A stretch of 64,000 nt of DNA from Phycisphaerae bacterium (GTDB lineage: Bacteria > Planctomycetota > Phycisphaerae > Phycisphaerales > UBA1924), in the NCBI GenBank assembly GCA_030429485.1, contig JAUIFD010000002.1:130-64129 (forward strand), given 5' to 3'. The notes beneath the pieces were generated by a model. The model was given only the letters and a program-made list of their open reading frames with translations. It ran no database searches and was not told the origin of the DNA. This document shows positions 1-9,985 of this stretch, piece after piece. The stretch's first letter is position 1. Each line of letters opens with the position of its first letter. The position numbers and the translations under genes were made by a program.

Positions 1-1526
1 GTCTTTTCCTTCTTCAGGGTGAAGTCAGTCGCGAGACCCTCAGGCCCGTTGCCGTTGCCCTTGCCGGGCCCGCCCGAGCCGTTGCCTTGCTTCATGCTCT
101 GCCCGGGTCTCCAGGGGTTCTGTCCCTGGCCCTGGCACTCGCCCACACCGTTGCACTGAGCCCACTGCTGCGAGTCCATCTGCTGCGAGAGCTTCTGCAT
201 GTTCGCCATCGCCGCCTGCATCGCGGCTTCGAGGCTCTGCATGTCGGCAGCCGCCATCTCGAGCTCAGAGAGCTGGCCGGCGAGCTGGTCCATGCCCTGC
301 ATGCCCTCCTGGCCCATGCCCTGCTGGCCCATCCCCTGAGCCATCTTGCTCATCGACTGCCCGAGCCCGTTGCACTGCTTGCACGCCTCAGCCATCGACT
401 GGAGCTGCTGCTGAAGCTGCTGCTTCTGCTCCTCGCTCATGTTCTGCATGTTCTCGAGGGCCTTCTTGAGCGCCTCGGGGTTCGACATCGCCTGCTTCGC
501 CTGCTCGCTCGAAAGCCCGGCTGCCCGCAGCGCCTGCTCGGTCTGCTGCTGCTGATTCGCGAGGTTCTCGAGCTGCTTGCCGAGTTCCTCAAGCTGCTTC
601 TTCGCCTGCGCCTGCTGCTCGGGCGAGAGCGAGCCGTCGGCCATCTGCTTCGCGAGCTTGTCGAGTTGCTCCTTCGCCTTCGCGAAGTTGCCTCGAGCGA
701 GCTCACGGGAGAGCTCGGTCATCGGGCCCTGCCCGGGCGTGCGCAGCTGGCGCAGCATGTTCTCGAGCGAGTCCATCTTCTTCGCTTCGTCGCTCGACAG
801 ACGCTCCTGTAGCGCCTCGGTCATGTTGGTCAGCTTGCGCAGGGCCTGCTTCTTGATCGCCTCGGGCGACTTGTCCTTGCCGATCTCGTCTCCTTCGAGC
901 CCGAGGTCTTCGTCATCGCCCTCGCCCAGTTCGATGTTCGCCTTGGCGAGAATCGCCTCGGTCTCCTTGATCGCCTTGTCGGCATCGGCCTTCGCCTCGA
1001 TCACCTGCTGTTCGGTGGCTTCCTTCTCGCGTGCCTCCGCCAGTCGGCCGCGCCAATCGAGCTCCGGGAGCAGGAAGAACGCCGCGGTGAACGCCAGCGC
1101 CGCGCCGACAGGCACGGGCCAGAAGCGCGGGCCCTGGATCGGGAGCGCGTCCCTAACGACCACCCGCCGCGCGCGCTCGACCGCGGTCTCGACCACCGCA
1201 CGCGACCAAGGGTCCTGCTCGCGCTCGACGCACAGCGCGGTCGAGAGCGACTCACGGAGACCGGCGCGCTCGTCAACCGTCCGCGCCACTTCAGCCTCGC
1301 GCGCCCGGCCGACGATCGCCCAGAGCAACGCCGAGGCGGCCGTGAGACCCGCCGCCCAGTACGCGACCTCGACCCAGGGCAGCGTCAACGTCAGCGCCCG
1401 ATCCGCCAGCAGCACCACCAGCAGCACGCCGAGCATCACCGTCGTGCAGACCGCGAGCGTGCGCATGAGATCGATGACAAGAAGCCGCCGAGAGGCCGTC
1501 TTCAATACGCGCCGGATGTCGTCCAT
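1..1526 (-). CDS. hypothetical membrane-anchored coiled-coil protein with a Q/M-rich tail (N-terminal ~508 codons; C-terminus lies beyond the window start)
   Basis: Absent from the ORF track because it runs off the window. Manual translation of the minus strand from ATG at 1526 (MDDIRRVLKTASRRLLVIDLMRTLAVCTTVMLGVLLVVLLADR...) stays open to position 1. It has 2-3 hydrophobic helices, a long K/E/Q-rich heptad-like region, then QGMGQQGMGQEGMQGMDQ. The plus-strand ORFs 87..812 and 577..1563 are its Leu/Ser-rich antisense shadows. Confidence 0.6.
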   Translation of the reverse strand, partial: MDDIRRVLKTASRRLLVIDLMRTLAVCTTVMLGVLLVVLLADRALTLTLPWVEVAYWAAGLTAASALLWAIVGRAREAEVARTVDERAGLRESLSTALCVEREQDPWSRAVVETAVERARRVVVRDALPIQGPRFWPVPVGAALAFTAAFFLLPELDWRGRLAEAREKEATEQQVIEAKADADKAIKETEAILAKANIELGEGDDEDLGLEGDEIGKDKSPEAIKKQALRKLTNMTEALQERLSSDEAKKMDSLENMLRQLRTPGQGPMTELSRELARGNFAKAKEQLDKLAKQMADGSLSPEQQAQAKKQLEELGKQLENLANQQQQTEQALRAAGLSSEQAKQAMSNPEALKKALENMQNMSEEQKQQLQQQLQSMAEACKQCNGLGQSMSKMAQGMGQQGMGQEGMQGMDQLAGQLSELEMAAADMQSLEAAMQAAMANMQKLSQQMDSQQWAQCNGVGECQGQGQNPWRPGQSMKQGNGSGGPGKGNGNGPEGLATDFTLKKEK

Positions 1527-1752
1527 CGTGCGTCTCCGCCAATCGCCCAAAAGTCGGGCCTAGTGCGAGCCCGCCACGGGGCCGCCATTAGAGCCTACCC
1601 AGCGTCTAACGGCTAGACCCGACGTCTTCTTCGACAAACCGGCACCGGGCGTTCGTCACAGCCGCGGTACCGGGCACGGTTGGGCGTCGTTGATACCGAT
1701 ATGCCCTCACCCGAGTTGCCCCGAGGCGTGCCCGGACGGATGATCGACCGAC

Positions 1753-3087
1753 TTGAGTCGATATCCGATCAAAACCCGATCGTCTGTGCGGTGGCTCGCC
1801 CTCGGGGCGCCGACCGCCACGGAGACCGCCTTCCGCCGCCAGATCGAGGTGGACCCGTTCGGGCTCCGCATCCACGCCATGGCGGCCTGCTTGGGCCTCG
1901 CGATGGTCGCTTCCCCGACCTCGATCGCGGAGTTCGCGATCGTGCCGCCCGGGCTCGCGTGGTGCATCCGGGTGCACCGCCACTGGCGGGCATCGCTCGC
2001 CCTGCTCGCCCAGCCCGGGTTCGTCGCCCTGCTCGCCTGGCTCGCTTGGAGGCTCATCGCGCTGACGTGGTCGCCCGATCGGGCCCAGGGTTGGGATGAA
2101 CTGGGCGTCGCCCGCTTCGGGCTGCTGACGGTCGCCTGTTGGCCGGCGATGCCGTATCGCCGGTGGTTCATCCCGTCGCTCGCATTCGGGTTCCTGGTTG
2201 GCAACCTGACCCAGGTGGGACACGCGGTTGGGTCGGCGACGGGTGTCGATTGGCTCGTGTGGCCCCGCTTCCCGGGTCGCAACTCGGGATGGTGGGATCC
2301 GGTGATCGCGGGCTCTCTGCTGACGGGCGTGCTCGGGCTGCATCTCGCCGCGGCTGCGTGGGGCGCGGGGCGCTGGCGCATCGCGGGGGTTGTCTGCTCG
2401 ATGCTCACCGCGGGTGCGATTGTGGCGACAGGCACCCGCGGCGCCTGGCTCGCCTCTGGGGCGCTCATCGCGCTCGTCGTCGGGCTTCTGGCGTTCGGCG
2501 CGGTCCGCCGCGCCGGGTCGCTCCGCCACGCGGGGGTGCTCGTCGCGGTCGTGGTGGTGGGGGTGCTGGTGGTCGGATTCGTCGCGAGAGGTCCGCTCGG
2601 CGCGCGGGTCGACGCCGCTCGCGCCGAGATTGCGGGCGCGTTGGAGCACGCCGACTATTCGACCGACACGGGCGCGCGCATCGGCATGGCCTTCGCGGCG
2701 CTCCGTGCGCTGCGTGAGCACCCCATCGGTGGCGTGGGCGCCGGCGGATATCAAGCATGGACGGAGGTCGAGTTCGCGCCCGAGCACGCGCCGTCACTCG
2801 AGCCTCACGCCCACGCGCACAACGCCTTGCTCCATGAACTCGCGACGACGGGGCTTGTGGGCGGTGCGATCGCCTGTGCCTTTGGGCTCGCGTTGTTCAG
2901 CGGCGCCCTGCGCACGTTCGAGGGCGACGGTCCGCCCGGGTACGCGCATGGTCCAGCGCTCGCGCTGTTGGGGCTCGCCCTTGTCAGCGCGTTCGACGTC
3001 GTCCACCTCAACGCGCAGACCGCGCAGCTTCTTGCCGCTGTCGCGCTGCTCAGCGCCAATCCGCGCCCGAGGGGCGTCTGCTCGTGA
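1753..3087 (+). CDS. O-antigen ligase / Wzy_C family polytopic membrane protein
   Basis: About 10 hydrophobic segments. The motif region ...IVATGTRGAWLASGALIAL... and the loop with HAHAHNALLHELATTGLVGG are typical of O-antigen ligase-like (PF04932) proteins. Start uncertain: TTG 1753, GTG 1786 or ATG ~1879. Confidence 0.7.
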   Translation: MSRYPIKTRSSVRWLALGAPTATETAFRRQIEVDPFGLRIHAMAACLGLAMVASPTSIAEFAIVPPGLAWCIRVHRHWRASLALLAQPGFVALLAWLAWRLIALTWSPDRAQGWDELGVARFGLLTVACWPAMPYRRWFIPSLAFGFLVGNLTQVGHAVGSATGVDWLVWPRFPGRNSGWWDPVIAGSLLTGVLGLHLAAAAWGAGRWRIAGVVCSMLTAGAIVATGTRGAWLASGALIALVVGLLAFGAVRRAGSLRHAGVLVAVVVVGVLVVGFVARGPLGARVDAARAEIAGALEHADYSTDTGARIGMAFAALRALREHPIGGVGAGGYQAWTEVEFAPEHAPSLEPHAHAHNALLHELATTGLVGGAIACAFGLALFSGALRTFEGDGPPGYAHGPALALLGLALVSAFDVVHLNAQTAQLLAAVALLSANPRPRGVCS

Positions 3088-4145
3088 GGGTCGCGGTCCT
3101 CGCGGAGTACGTGCAGCACTCGCCCGCGTCACCGAGCCGACGCGTGCTTGACATCGCGCGCGGGCTCTCGGCGCGAGGCCACGAGGTCACCCTCTGCACC
3201 GACGGCATGGACGACGAGCGGGACGCGGCGCCGATCCACACGATCGTGCTCGATCCGAATCGCAGCATGCGCCAGCTGCGCATCGGGAGGTTTCTGTCGT
3301 CGGCTGCGGCGCTCAAACGCACCCACGGGTTTGATCGGGTGATCTCGACCACGCACCTCTGGGAGGGCGACGTATGGGTGCCGCTCGGCCCGCCGTCTCT
3401 CGCCTTCGCATCGGCGCTGGTGCGGCGCATCGGGCGTCCCGCCCCGATCGCGATGTTCGTGCTCTCACGCCCCTGGCTCGCCCGGGCGGCGTGGGTCGAG
3501 CGAGCGGTGCGCGCCCGCGCGACCCCCATCAAGCTCCCGCCCGCCTCCGCGCTCGCGCCGCTGACGAGCGAGGAACGCGAAGCCGCCCGAGCCCGCTTGC
3601 GCGACGTGCTTGGTGTGTCGGGCTCGACGCCGATCGTGGTCTCGAGTGTCGTGCATGCCGAGCGTCCCGGTCTGGACGCCGCCCTCCGCACGCTCGCTTC
3701 GAGCGTCTCCGGGTCCGAGGCGCCGGTCTTGGTTCTCTTGGGATTCGGCGCGTGGCGACTCCGAGGGAGAGCGGTGGCAGCCGGAGTCGAGTCGGTCACA
3801 CGCCCGCTCGGCGTGACCTGGAGCATGCGCGACGTGCTCGCCGGGGCCGACCTCGCGCTCGCCTCGCAACGCGAGCCGGGGGCTTGGGCGATGGGACGAT
3901 TCGTGTCCGACGCGGCCCGGTGCGGGCTGCCGGTGCTCGCCGCTCGCGAAGCTCCCGGGGCGGCATCCCTCGATCCAGAAGCCGCCGAGATCGTCGACGC
4001 GGACGAGGGGTGGGCGTTGGCATGGTCGCGGGTGTTCGCCGGACCGCGGCTCGATGAGATGCGGGCCGCCGCCGCGCGCGCCGCCGACCGATTCGGCTTG
4101 GGCCCCATGCTCGATGCGCTCGAGACCGGACTAACGCTCACGTAG
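3084..4145 (+). CDS. glycosyltransferase, GT4-like
   Basis: N-terminus MRVAVLAEYVQHSPASPSRRVLDIARGLSARGHEVTLCTDG resembles a GT-B (GT4) N-domain. Its start overlaps the stop of the upstream ligase-like gene by 4 nt (translational coupling). The C-terminal donor-binding motif is weak. Confidence 0.55.
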   Translation: MRVAVLAEYVQHSPASPSRRVLDIARGLSARGHEVTLCTDGMDDERDAAPIHTIVLDPNRSMRQLRIGRFLSSAAALKRTHGFDRVISTTHLWEGDVWVPLGPPSLAFASALVRRIGRPAPIAMFVLSRPWLARAAWVERAVRARATPIKLPPASALAPLTSEEREAARARLRDVLGVSGSTPIVVSSVVHAERPGLDAALRTLASSVSGSEAPVLVLLGFGAWRLRGRAVAAGVESVTRPLGVTWSMRDVLAGADLALASQREPGAWAMGRFVSDAARCGLPVLAAREAPGAASLDPEAAEIVDADEGWALAWSRVFAGPRLDEMRAAAARAADRFGLGPMLDALETGLTLT

Positions 4146-4196
4146 TTCCGATGGGGTACCCTCCACGGCTTCGGGGAAGGTCAAGGAGTCACGACG

Positions 4197-4640
4197 ATGG
4201 GTCTGATCAGCGAGTTTCGCGAGTTTGCGATCAAGGGCAACATGGTCGATATGGCCGTGGGCATCGTCATCGGCGGGGCGTTTGGCACGATCGTCAGCAC
4301 CTTGGTCAACAAGATCGTGATGCCGCCGATCGGCATGCTCACCGCGGGCATCGACTTCGGCAGCTTGAAGCTCGTGCTGAAGGATGGTGTGGAGGCGGTC
4401 AAGGAGGGCGACAGGGTCGTGACCCCGGCTGTGCCGGAAGTCGCCATCGGGTACGGCGAGTTCATCAACGCCCTGCTGAGTTTCCTGATCGTCGCGATCT
4501 GCCTCTTCATCGTGGTGAAGATGATCAACACCGCGCGCGCGAAGTTCGAGAAGGAGCAGGAAGAAGCGCCGCCCCCCGGTCCGACCAAGGACCAGGAACT
4601 GCTCATGGAGATCCGCGACGCGATCAAGGCCAACGGCTAG
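4197..4640 (+). CDS. mscL: large-conductance mechanosensitive channel MscL
   Basis: MGLISEFREFAIKGNMVDMAVGIVIGGAFGTIVSTLVNKIVMPPIG is the canonical MscL N-terminus and TM1. The 147-aa length fits. Confidence 0.95.
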   Translation: MGLISEFREFAIKGNMVDMAVGIVIGGAFGTIVSTLVNKIVMPPIGMLTAGIDFGSLKLVLKDGVEAVKEGDRVVTPAVPEVAIGYGEFINALLSFLIVAICLFIVVKMINTARAKFEKEQEEAPPPGPTKDQELLMEIRDAIKANG

Positions 4641-4648
4641 TCAAAGAG

Positions 4649-4675
4649 GGCGGTGGTTATCCGACCGCCTTCTTC
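4649..4675 (+). terminator. weak hairpin after mscL, overlapping the metK stop codon
   Basis: ggcggt(4649-4654) / 9-nt loop / accgcc(4664-4669), followed by ttcttc. The stem is only 6 bp and the T-tract is poor. Confidence 0.3.
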
Positions 4676-5814
4676 AGCGCGTCGGCCTTGTCGGTCCGTT
4701 CCCAGGTGAAGAAGTCGCCGTGCGGCTCGCGCCCGAAGTGCCCGTGCCGTGCTGTCGGCCTGTAGATCGGCTTGCGCAGGCCGAGCGATTCGATGATCCC
4801 TCGCGGCGTGAGTTGGAACACCTCACGCACCGCGCCGGCGATCTTCTCCTCGTCGGCCTTCGCCGTGCCCATGCAGTCGACGAGCACGCTCGTCGGCTCC
4901 ACCACGCCGATCGCGTAGGAGAGCTGCACCTCGCACTCATCGGCGAGGTCAGCAGCGACGATGTTCTTCGCGATGTACCGCGCCATGTAGGCGGCCGAGC
5001 GGTCGACCTTGGTCGGGTCTTTGCCGGAGAACGCGCCGCCACCGTGCCGCCCTCGCCCGCCGTAGGTGTCGACGATGATCTTGCGTCCGGTGAGTCCCGC
5101 GTCGCCGTGCGGGCCGCCGATCTCGAACTTGCCGGTCGGGTTCACATGCACCGTGATGCCGGGGTTCCACCAGTCACCCAGCACGGGGCGGATCACGTGC
5201 TCGATCAGCTCGCGCTTGAGTTGGTCCTGGCGCTCGTTCCAGCTCGAGTTGTGCTGGGTCGAGAGCACGACCGTCCCCACGCCAACCGGACGCGCGCCCT
5301 CGTACTCGACCGTTACCTGGCTCTTCGCGTCGGGGCGGAGTCCGGGGATCGCGCCCTCGCGCCGGGCGTTGGCCTGCTGCTCCACGAGGCGGTGCGAGAG
5401 CTGGATCGGCAGCGGCATCAGTTCGGGAGTCTCGCGGCATGCAAACCCGAACATCATGCCCTGGTCGCCCGCCCCCTCGCGGTCCACGCCCTGCGCGATA
5501 TCCGGCGACTGCTTGTTGAGCGCCACCATCACGGCGCAGCTCTCGGAATCAAACCGCATGTGCGCGTCGGTGTACCCGATGTCGGCGATCGTGTGACGCA
5601 CCACCTCCGGGATGTCCACGTAGGTCTGCGTCGTCACCTCGCCGGCGACAACGACGAGGCCCGTCGCGACCAGCGTCTCGACCGCGACGCGCGAGTGCGG
5701 ATCATCCTTGAGCATCGCGTCCAGGATGGCGTCGGAGATCTGGTCGGAGACCTTGTCCGGGTGCCCCATCGACACCGACTCGCTCGTAAACACTCGGGTT
5801 TGGCCCATCTGCAC
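4657..5814 (-). CDS. metK: S-adenosylmethionine synthetase
   Basis: [35 protein letters not shown] and [19 protein letters not shown] are canonical MetK motifs. Confidence 0.97.
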   Translation of the reverse strand: MQMGQTRVFTSESVSMGHPDKVSDQISDAILDAMLKDDPHSRVAVETLVATGLVVVAGEVTTQTYVDIPEVVRHTIADIGYTDAHMRFDSESCAVMVALNKQSPDIAQGVDREGAGDQGMMFGFACRETPELMPLPIQLSHRLVEQQANARREGAIPGLRPDAKSQVTVEYEGARPVGVGTVVLSTQHNSSWNERQDQLKRELIEHVIRPVLGDWWNPGITVHVNPTGKFEIGGPHGDAGLTGRKIIVDTYGGRGRHGGGAFSGKDPTKVDRSAAYMARYIAKNIVAADLADECEVQLSYAIGVVEPTSVLVDCMGTAKADEEKIAGAVREVFQLTPRGIIESLGLRKPIYRPTARHGHFGREPHGDFFTWERTDKADALKKAVG

Positions 5815-5903
5815 TCCTATCCCGCGAGAAACCAGGTGAAGCGGAGTGTAGCCGGACGCCGGATCGCCGCCCGCCGAACGGGCGCCCGCGGCTATCCTCG
5901 ATC

Positions 5904-7010
5904 ATGCCCACCGCCTCCCAAACACCCCCGAACGGGCTGACCTACGCGTCGAGCGGGATCGACCTCGACCGGTACGACGGGTTTGTGGGTTCGCTCGGGG
6001 CGCTGATCCGGCGGACGCGCACGCCGCGCGTCATCGACAACCCGGGCGGGTTCGGCGGGCTCTTCCGCCTCGATTACAACGAGAAGCTCTTCGCGCGCAA
6101 CTACAAGGAGCCCGTGCTCGTCGCATGCGCCGACGGCATCGGGACCAAGATCCGCATCGCACAGGCCGCGGGGCGGTTTGACACCATCGGCATCGATTGT
6201 GTCGCGATGAACGTCAACGACCTGATTGTCGAGGGTGCCGAGCCGTTGTTCTTTCTGGACATCCTCTCCGTGCCCCACGTCGACGACGCGATCATGCGCC
6301 CGCTGATGGCGGGCGTGGCGCGCGGGTGCGAGATCGCCGGGTGTGCGCTGCTCGGCGGCGAGACGGCGGAGATGGGCGACCTCTACGCCGAGGGAGATTT
6401 CGATCTTAACGGCTTCGCGCTGGGCGTGGTGGAACTGCACCGCGCGATGAGCCGGCGCGAGACCTCGCCTGGCGATGTGATCCTCGGGCTCGAGTCGTCG
6501 GGCGTGCATTCCAATGGCTTCACGCTGATTCGCGCGATCCTCAAAGAGGCGAAGCTCGATCTCGCCAAGCGATACCCGGACCTGAAGCGCGAGGGGGAAG
6601 ACGAGGCGCCGACATTGGGCGATGAGCTGCTCGTGCCGACGCGGATCTACGCGGAATCAATCGTGCGCCTGCAGCGGGCGTATCGCGTGAAGAAGGTCGT
6701 CACCGCGATGGCGCACGTCACCGGCGGGGGGCTTGCGGACAACCTCGCGCGCACACTCACGCCCGACGTCGACGCTGTGCTCAGCGCCAAGGCGTGGCCC
6801 GTGCCGCCGATCTTCGGCTTCCTCCAGGAACGCGGCAAGGTCGAACTCGACGAGATGCGCCGCGTGTTCAACATGGGCATCGGGTATGTCGTCGTCGTCC
6901 GCCCCGCGTTCGCGGACGCGGTGACGCAGCGGCTCACCCGCCTCGGCGAGCGCGTCCACCGCATCGGCGAACTCCGCAAGGGAACGGGGAAGGTGCAGTA
7001 CAAGGGGTGA
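5904..7010 (+). CDS. purM: phosphoribosylformylglycinamidine cyclo-ligase (AIR synthetase)
   Basis: LTYASSGIDLD..., GGFGGLFRLD, DGIGTKIRIA, DCVAMNVNDLIVEGAEPLFFLD and GGETAEM are PurM signatures. Confidence 0.95.
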   Translation: MPTASQTPPNGLTYASSGIDLDRYDGFVGSLGALIRRTRTPRVIDNPGGFGGLFRLDYNEKLFARNYKEPVLVACADGIGTKIRIAQAAGRFDTIGIDCVAMNVNDLIVEGAEPLFFLDILSVPHVDDAIMRPLMAGVARGCEIAGCALLGGETAEMGDLYAEGDFDLNGFALGVVELHRAMSRRETSPGDVILGLESSGVHSNGFTLIRAILKEAKLDLAKRYPDLKREGEDEAPTLGDELLVPTRIYAESIVRLQRAYRVKKVVTAMAHVTGGGLADNLARTLTPDVDAVLSAKAWPVPPIFGFLQERGKVELDEMRRVFNMGIGYVVVVRPAFADAVTQRLTRLGERVHRIGELRKGTGKVQYKG

Positions 7011-7052
7011 TCGGTGCGGCCGCGCCTGCCAGCGCGCCACTACCATCCCCCA

Positions 7053-8246
7053 ATGCCCGGACTCACCTATCTCACCGCTGGCGAATCCCACGGCCCTGCT
7101 GGGCTCTGCACCGTCTCGGGCTTGCCCGCAGGCGTGGTCGTGGATGAAGACTTCATCAACGCCGAACTCGCACGCAGGCAAGGCGGGTACGGGCGCGGCG
7201 GACGCCAACGGATCGAGACCGACCGCATCCAGATCCTCTCCGGCGTGCGGCGCGGGCACACCACCGGCGCCCCGGTCACGCTCCTCGTGCCCAACAAGGA
7301 CTCGCGCCTCGACGATCTTGAGCGCACGCCGCCCGTTCATCGTCCGCGCCCCGGGCACGCGGACCTCGCCGGCTCGGTGAAGTGGCTGACCGACGACTGC
7401 CGCGAGACCCTCGAGCGCGCCAGCGCCCGCGAGACCGCGGCCCGCGTCGCGGGGTGTGCGCTCGCCCGGTGCTACCTGCGCGAGTTCGGGATCGAGGCGT
7501 TCGGCTTTGTCCGCCAGATCCTCGACGCGCGCACCGAGGCTGACATCACCCCCGACAACTGGGCGCAGATGCGCGAAGCGCGCGATCAGTCCGAGACCTA
7601 CTGCCCCGACGCCGACGTCACCAAACGCCAGTGCGAGATCATCCGCCAGGCGAAGATCGACAAGGACACCGTCGGCGGCATCGTCGAGGCGCACGTCTTC
7701 GGGTGTCCGCCCGGGCTCGGCTCGTGCGTGCAGTGGATGGACAAGCTCGATGCACGCATCGCCTATTCCGTCATGGGCATCCAGGCGTTCAAGGCGGTGG
7801 AGATCGGGCTCGGGCGCGCGTGCGCCGAACGCCCGGGCTCGCAGGTGCACGATCCGATCTACTTCGACCGCGCGAAGATCAACACGCCATCGCTCGGCTT
7901 CGTGCGCCCCACCAACAACGCCGGCGGCACCGAGGGCGGCATGACCAACGCCCAGCCCGTCGTCGTCCGCGGCACGATGAAGCCCATCTCCACGCTGCTC
8001 CGCGGGCTCCCGTCGGTCAACCTCCAGACGCGCGAGCCCGAAGATTCGCAGTACGAGCGATCGGATATCTGCGCCGTCTCCGCCGCGAGCGTGGTGATGG
8101 AGAACGTCGTCGCGTTCGAGGTCGCCCGAGCGTTTGACACGAAGTTCGCCGGCGATTCGGTGCAAGAAACAAAATCCAACTACACGCGCTTCCTTGAGAT
8201 GGCCCGCGATCTCCCGCTCGACCCGCCGATCGCGACGATCGCGTGA
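7053..8246 (+). CDS. aroC: chorismate synthase
   Basis: MPGLTYLTAGESHGPAGLCTVSGLPAG, RRQGGYGRGGRQRIE and RPGHADLAG match AroC. ATG at 7053 is preferred over the track start 7014, which adds a non-conserved Arg/Pro-rich 13 aa. Confidence 0.95.
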   Translation: MPGLTYLTAGESHGPAGLCTVSGLPAGVVVDEDFINAELARRQGGYGRGGRQRIETDRIQILSGVRRGHTTGAPVTLLVPNKDSRLDDLERTPPVHRPRPGHADLAGSVKWLTDDCRETLERASARETAARVAGCALARCYLREFGIEAFGFVRQILDARTEADITPDNWAQMREARDQSETYCPDADVTKRQCEIIRQAKIDKDTVGGIVEAHVFGCPPGLGSCVQWMDKLDARIAYSVMGIQAFKAVEIGLGRACAERPGSQVHDPIYFDRAKINTPSLGFVRPTNNAGGTEGGMTNAQPVVVRGTMKPISTLLRGLPSVNLQTREPEDSQYERSDICAVSAASVVMENVVAFEVARAFDTKFAGDSVQETKSNYTRFLEMARDLPLDPPIATIA

Positions 8247-8281
8247 CGCTGTCGGTGCCCGATTCCCAATACGATGTCTGC

Positions 8282-9469
8282 ATGCGCTCCCTCCTCGCGC
8301 TGATTCTGTGTTCTCCCGCGCTGCTCGCGCAGCAGCTTCCTGATCGCGACGCCTGGCCCCACCGCATCACCACCCGTGACGGCTCCCTCGGCGTCGTGCG
8401 CGAGCTCACGCTCCCGCCCGGCCCGCCGGCGATGGTCCGCGTGGGTGAGATCACCGCGGGGCACAAGACCGACCTCGACCGCACCGACGCCAGCGCCCTT
8501 CTCGATGCGCTGCCCGAGAGCGAAGCCGGGCGTGAGTGGACGACCGAGGGCTCCGGCGCGATGGTGCTCCGCGATTGGCCGCGCGAGCACGAAGAGGCGA
8601 CCCCCTTCGACGCCGACGCGCACTACGTCTTCATCTCCGCGCCGCACGCGCCGCCCGACGAGCCGCTCGCGATCCAGCGCACTTGGTTTGCGTACTACGA
8701 GCCCTTCGGCGAGGTTGCCGACCCGCCCGCGCTCGCGGTGATGATCCCGGGCATGTTCGGCACGCCCGAGCCGATCATCCAGCAACTCGTCACCGGGCTG
8801 CGCCAGCGCGGTTGGCACGTCCTGCTCATGGTCGCGCAGCCGTCGCGTTTCACCGAGAGCCTCACCGTCGGCGTCGACCCGTCCGCGTCGCCGGCTGCCC
8901 AGATTGAGCCCATCGCCCGCCTGATCGACGATCGCTTTGCCGAGTGTGCGTACGCGGTCGAGGGGGTTACAGCCCACCTTGCGCTCACGCGCCCCGAAGC
9001 GCCGACCGATCGGCGTTTCGCGGTCGGGTTCAGCGCCGGCGCGCTCGCGATGCCCGCGGTGATCGCGCGCGAGCCGGAGGCATACGAGGCCGCCCTGCTC
9101 ATGGGCGGCGGGGCGGACATGCTCACCATGGTGCTCACGTCCAACTACGCGGACTGGATCGACGCGCTGCACATCGAGTGGAAGACAACGCCAACGGATG
9201 AGCAGTTCGCGTCGCTCATCGAGTCATACCGCGAGCAGGCGCGTCTTGATCCCTACGCCCTTGCGCCCTCGATGAAGGACACGCCCTCGCTCTTGGTGAT
9301 GGGGTCCAACGACCAGGCTGTGCCCGCCGAACTCGGCGAGTTGTACTGGGCGAGGGCCGGCGAGCCGGAGCGCCGCCTTATCCCCGCCGGGCACGAACTC
9401 CTCTTCTTTGGGTACATCCGCGCCCGGGCTGCCGATCTGCTGGATTGGCTCGAATCCGCGGTGCGCTGA
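8282..9469 (+). CDS. secreted alpha/beta-hydrolase-fold protein (function unknown)
   Basis: Signal peptide MRSLLALILCSPALLAQQ starts at ATG 8282. It has a nucleophile elbow GFSAGA, later GSNDQAVP and PAGHELLF (candidate Asp and His). Confidence 0.55.
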   Translation: MRSLLALILCSPALLAQQLPDRDAWPHRITTRDGSLGVVRELTLPPGPPAMVRVGEITAGHKTDLDRTDASALLDALPESEAGREWTTEGSGAMVLRDWPREHEEATPFDADAHYVFISAPHAPPDEPLAIQRTWFAYYEPFGEVADPPALAVMIPGMFGTPEPIIQQLVTGLRQRGWHVLLMVAQPSRFTESLTVGVDPSASPAAQIEPIARLIDDRFAECAYAVEGVTAHLALTRPEAPTDRRFAVGFSAGALAMPAVIAREPEAYEAALLMGGGADMLTMVLTSNYADWIDALHIEWKTTPTDEQFASLIESYREQARLDPYALAPSMKDTPSLLVMGSNDQAVPAELGELYWARAGEPERRLIPAGHELLFFGYIRARAADLLDWLESAVR

Positions 9470-9537
9470 ATCGCGTCAGCGGTGGATCGGCGCGCACCAA
9501 GACCGGCGACGTACCCCCGCCGGTTCGCGACAGCGCA

Positions 9538-9963
9538 TCAAGCCAGATCGTCAGCCTTCGCCTCAAGGTCGTCTTTTGCCAAGCGATGCTCGCCGGGGTT
9601 GAGCCCGCCGCACTCAGGGCACTCCACCCCGTACACGCCGGGCTCGACCTCGGTCAGTTCCGAGCCGCAGTACAAGCAGATCGGATGCCCAAGCCGGAGC
9701 TTGGAGGCCATCGTGTTGACCGCCACCGCAGCCGAGATCACCGCCACGCCGACCACCGGCCAGGCCGGCACGGTCGTCAGCGAGATCATCGCAATTGCCG
9801 CGAGCGCAAGCCCAATCAAGCAGGCGAATACGCGGATGCGCGCAAGTCGCAGCCAATCCCGCGGGTCGGGCAGCGACGATACTTCCACGAGTCTTCCGCG
9901 ACGCCTCGTGCCGGACATGCCCCTATTGAAGCACACGCCGCGCGATTCGTCCACAAATCTCAC
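9538..9963 (-). CDS. small membrane protein with a C-terminal zinc ribbon
   Basis: Two hydrophobic helices (VFACLIGLALAAIAMISL, WPVVGVAVISAAVAV) are followed by CLYCGSELTEVEPGVYGVECPECG (CxxC...CxxC). The start may be the internal Met at 9918. Confidence 0.5.
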   Translation of the reverse strand: MRFVDESRGVCFNRGMSGTRRRGRLVEVSSLPDPRDWLRLARIRVFACLIGLALAAIAMISLTTVPAWPVVGVAVISAAVAVNTMASKLRLGHPICLYCGSELTEVEPGVYGVECPECGGLNPGEHRLAKDDLEAKADDLA

Positions 9964-9985
9964 GCAAGCAGTGCGAGGACGGTGA

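Noticed and set aside
87-1563. Plus-strand ORFs 87..812 (Leu/His/Arg-rich) and 577..1563 (Ser/Ala/Cys-rich)
   Set aside because: They are mirror images of the Q/E/K-rich coiled-coil gene on the minus strand (CAG/GAG/AAG codons read backwards as CTG/CTC/CTT). The minus-strand reading has TM helices, a sensible start and normal composition.
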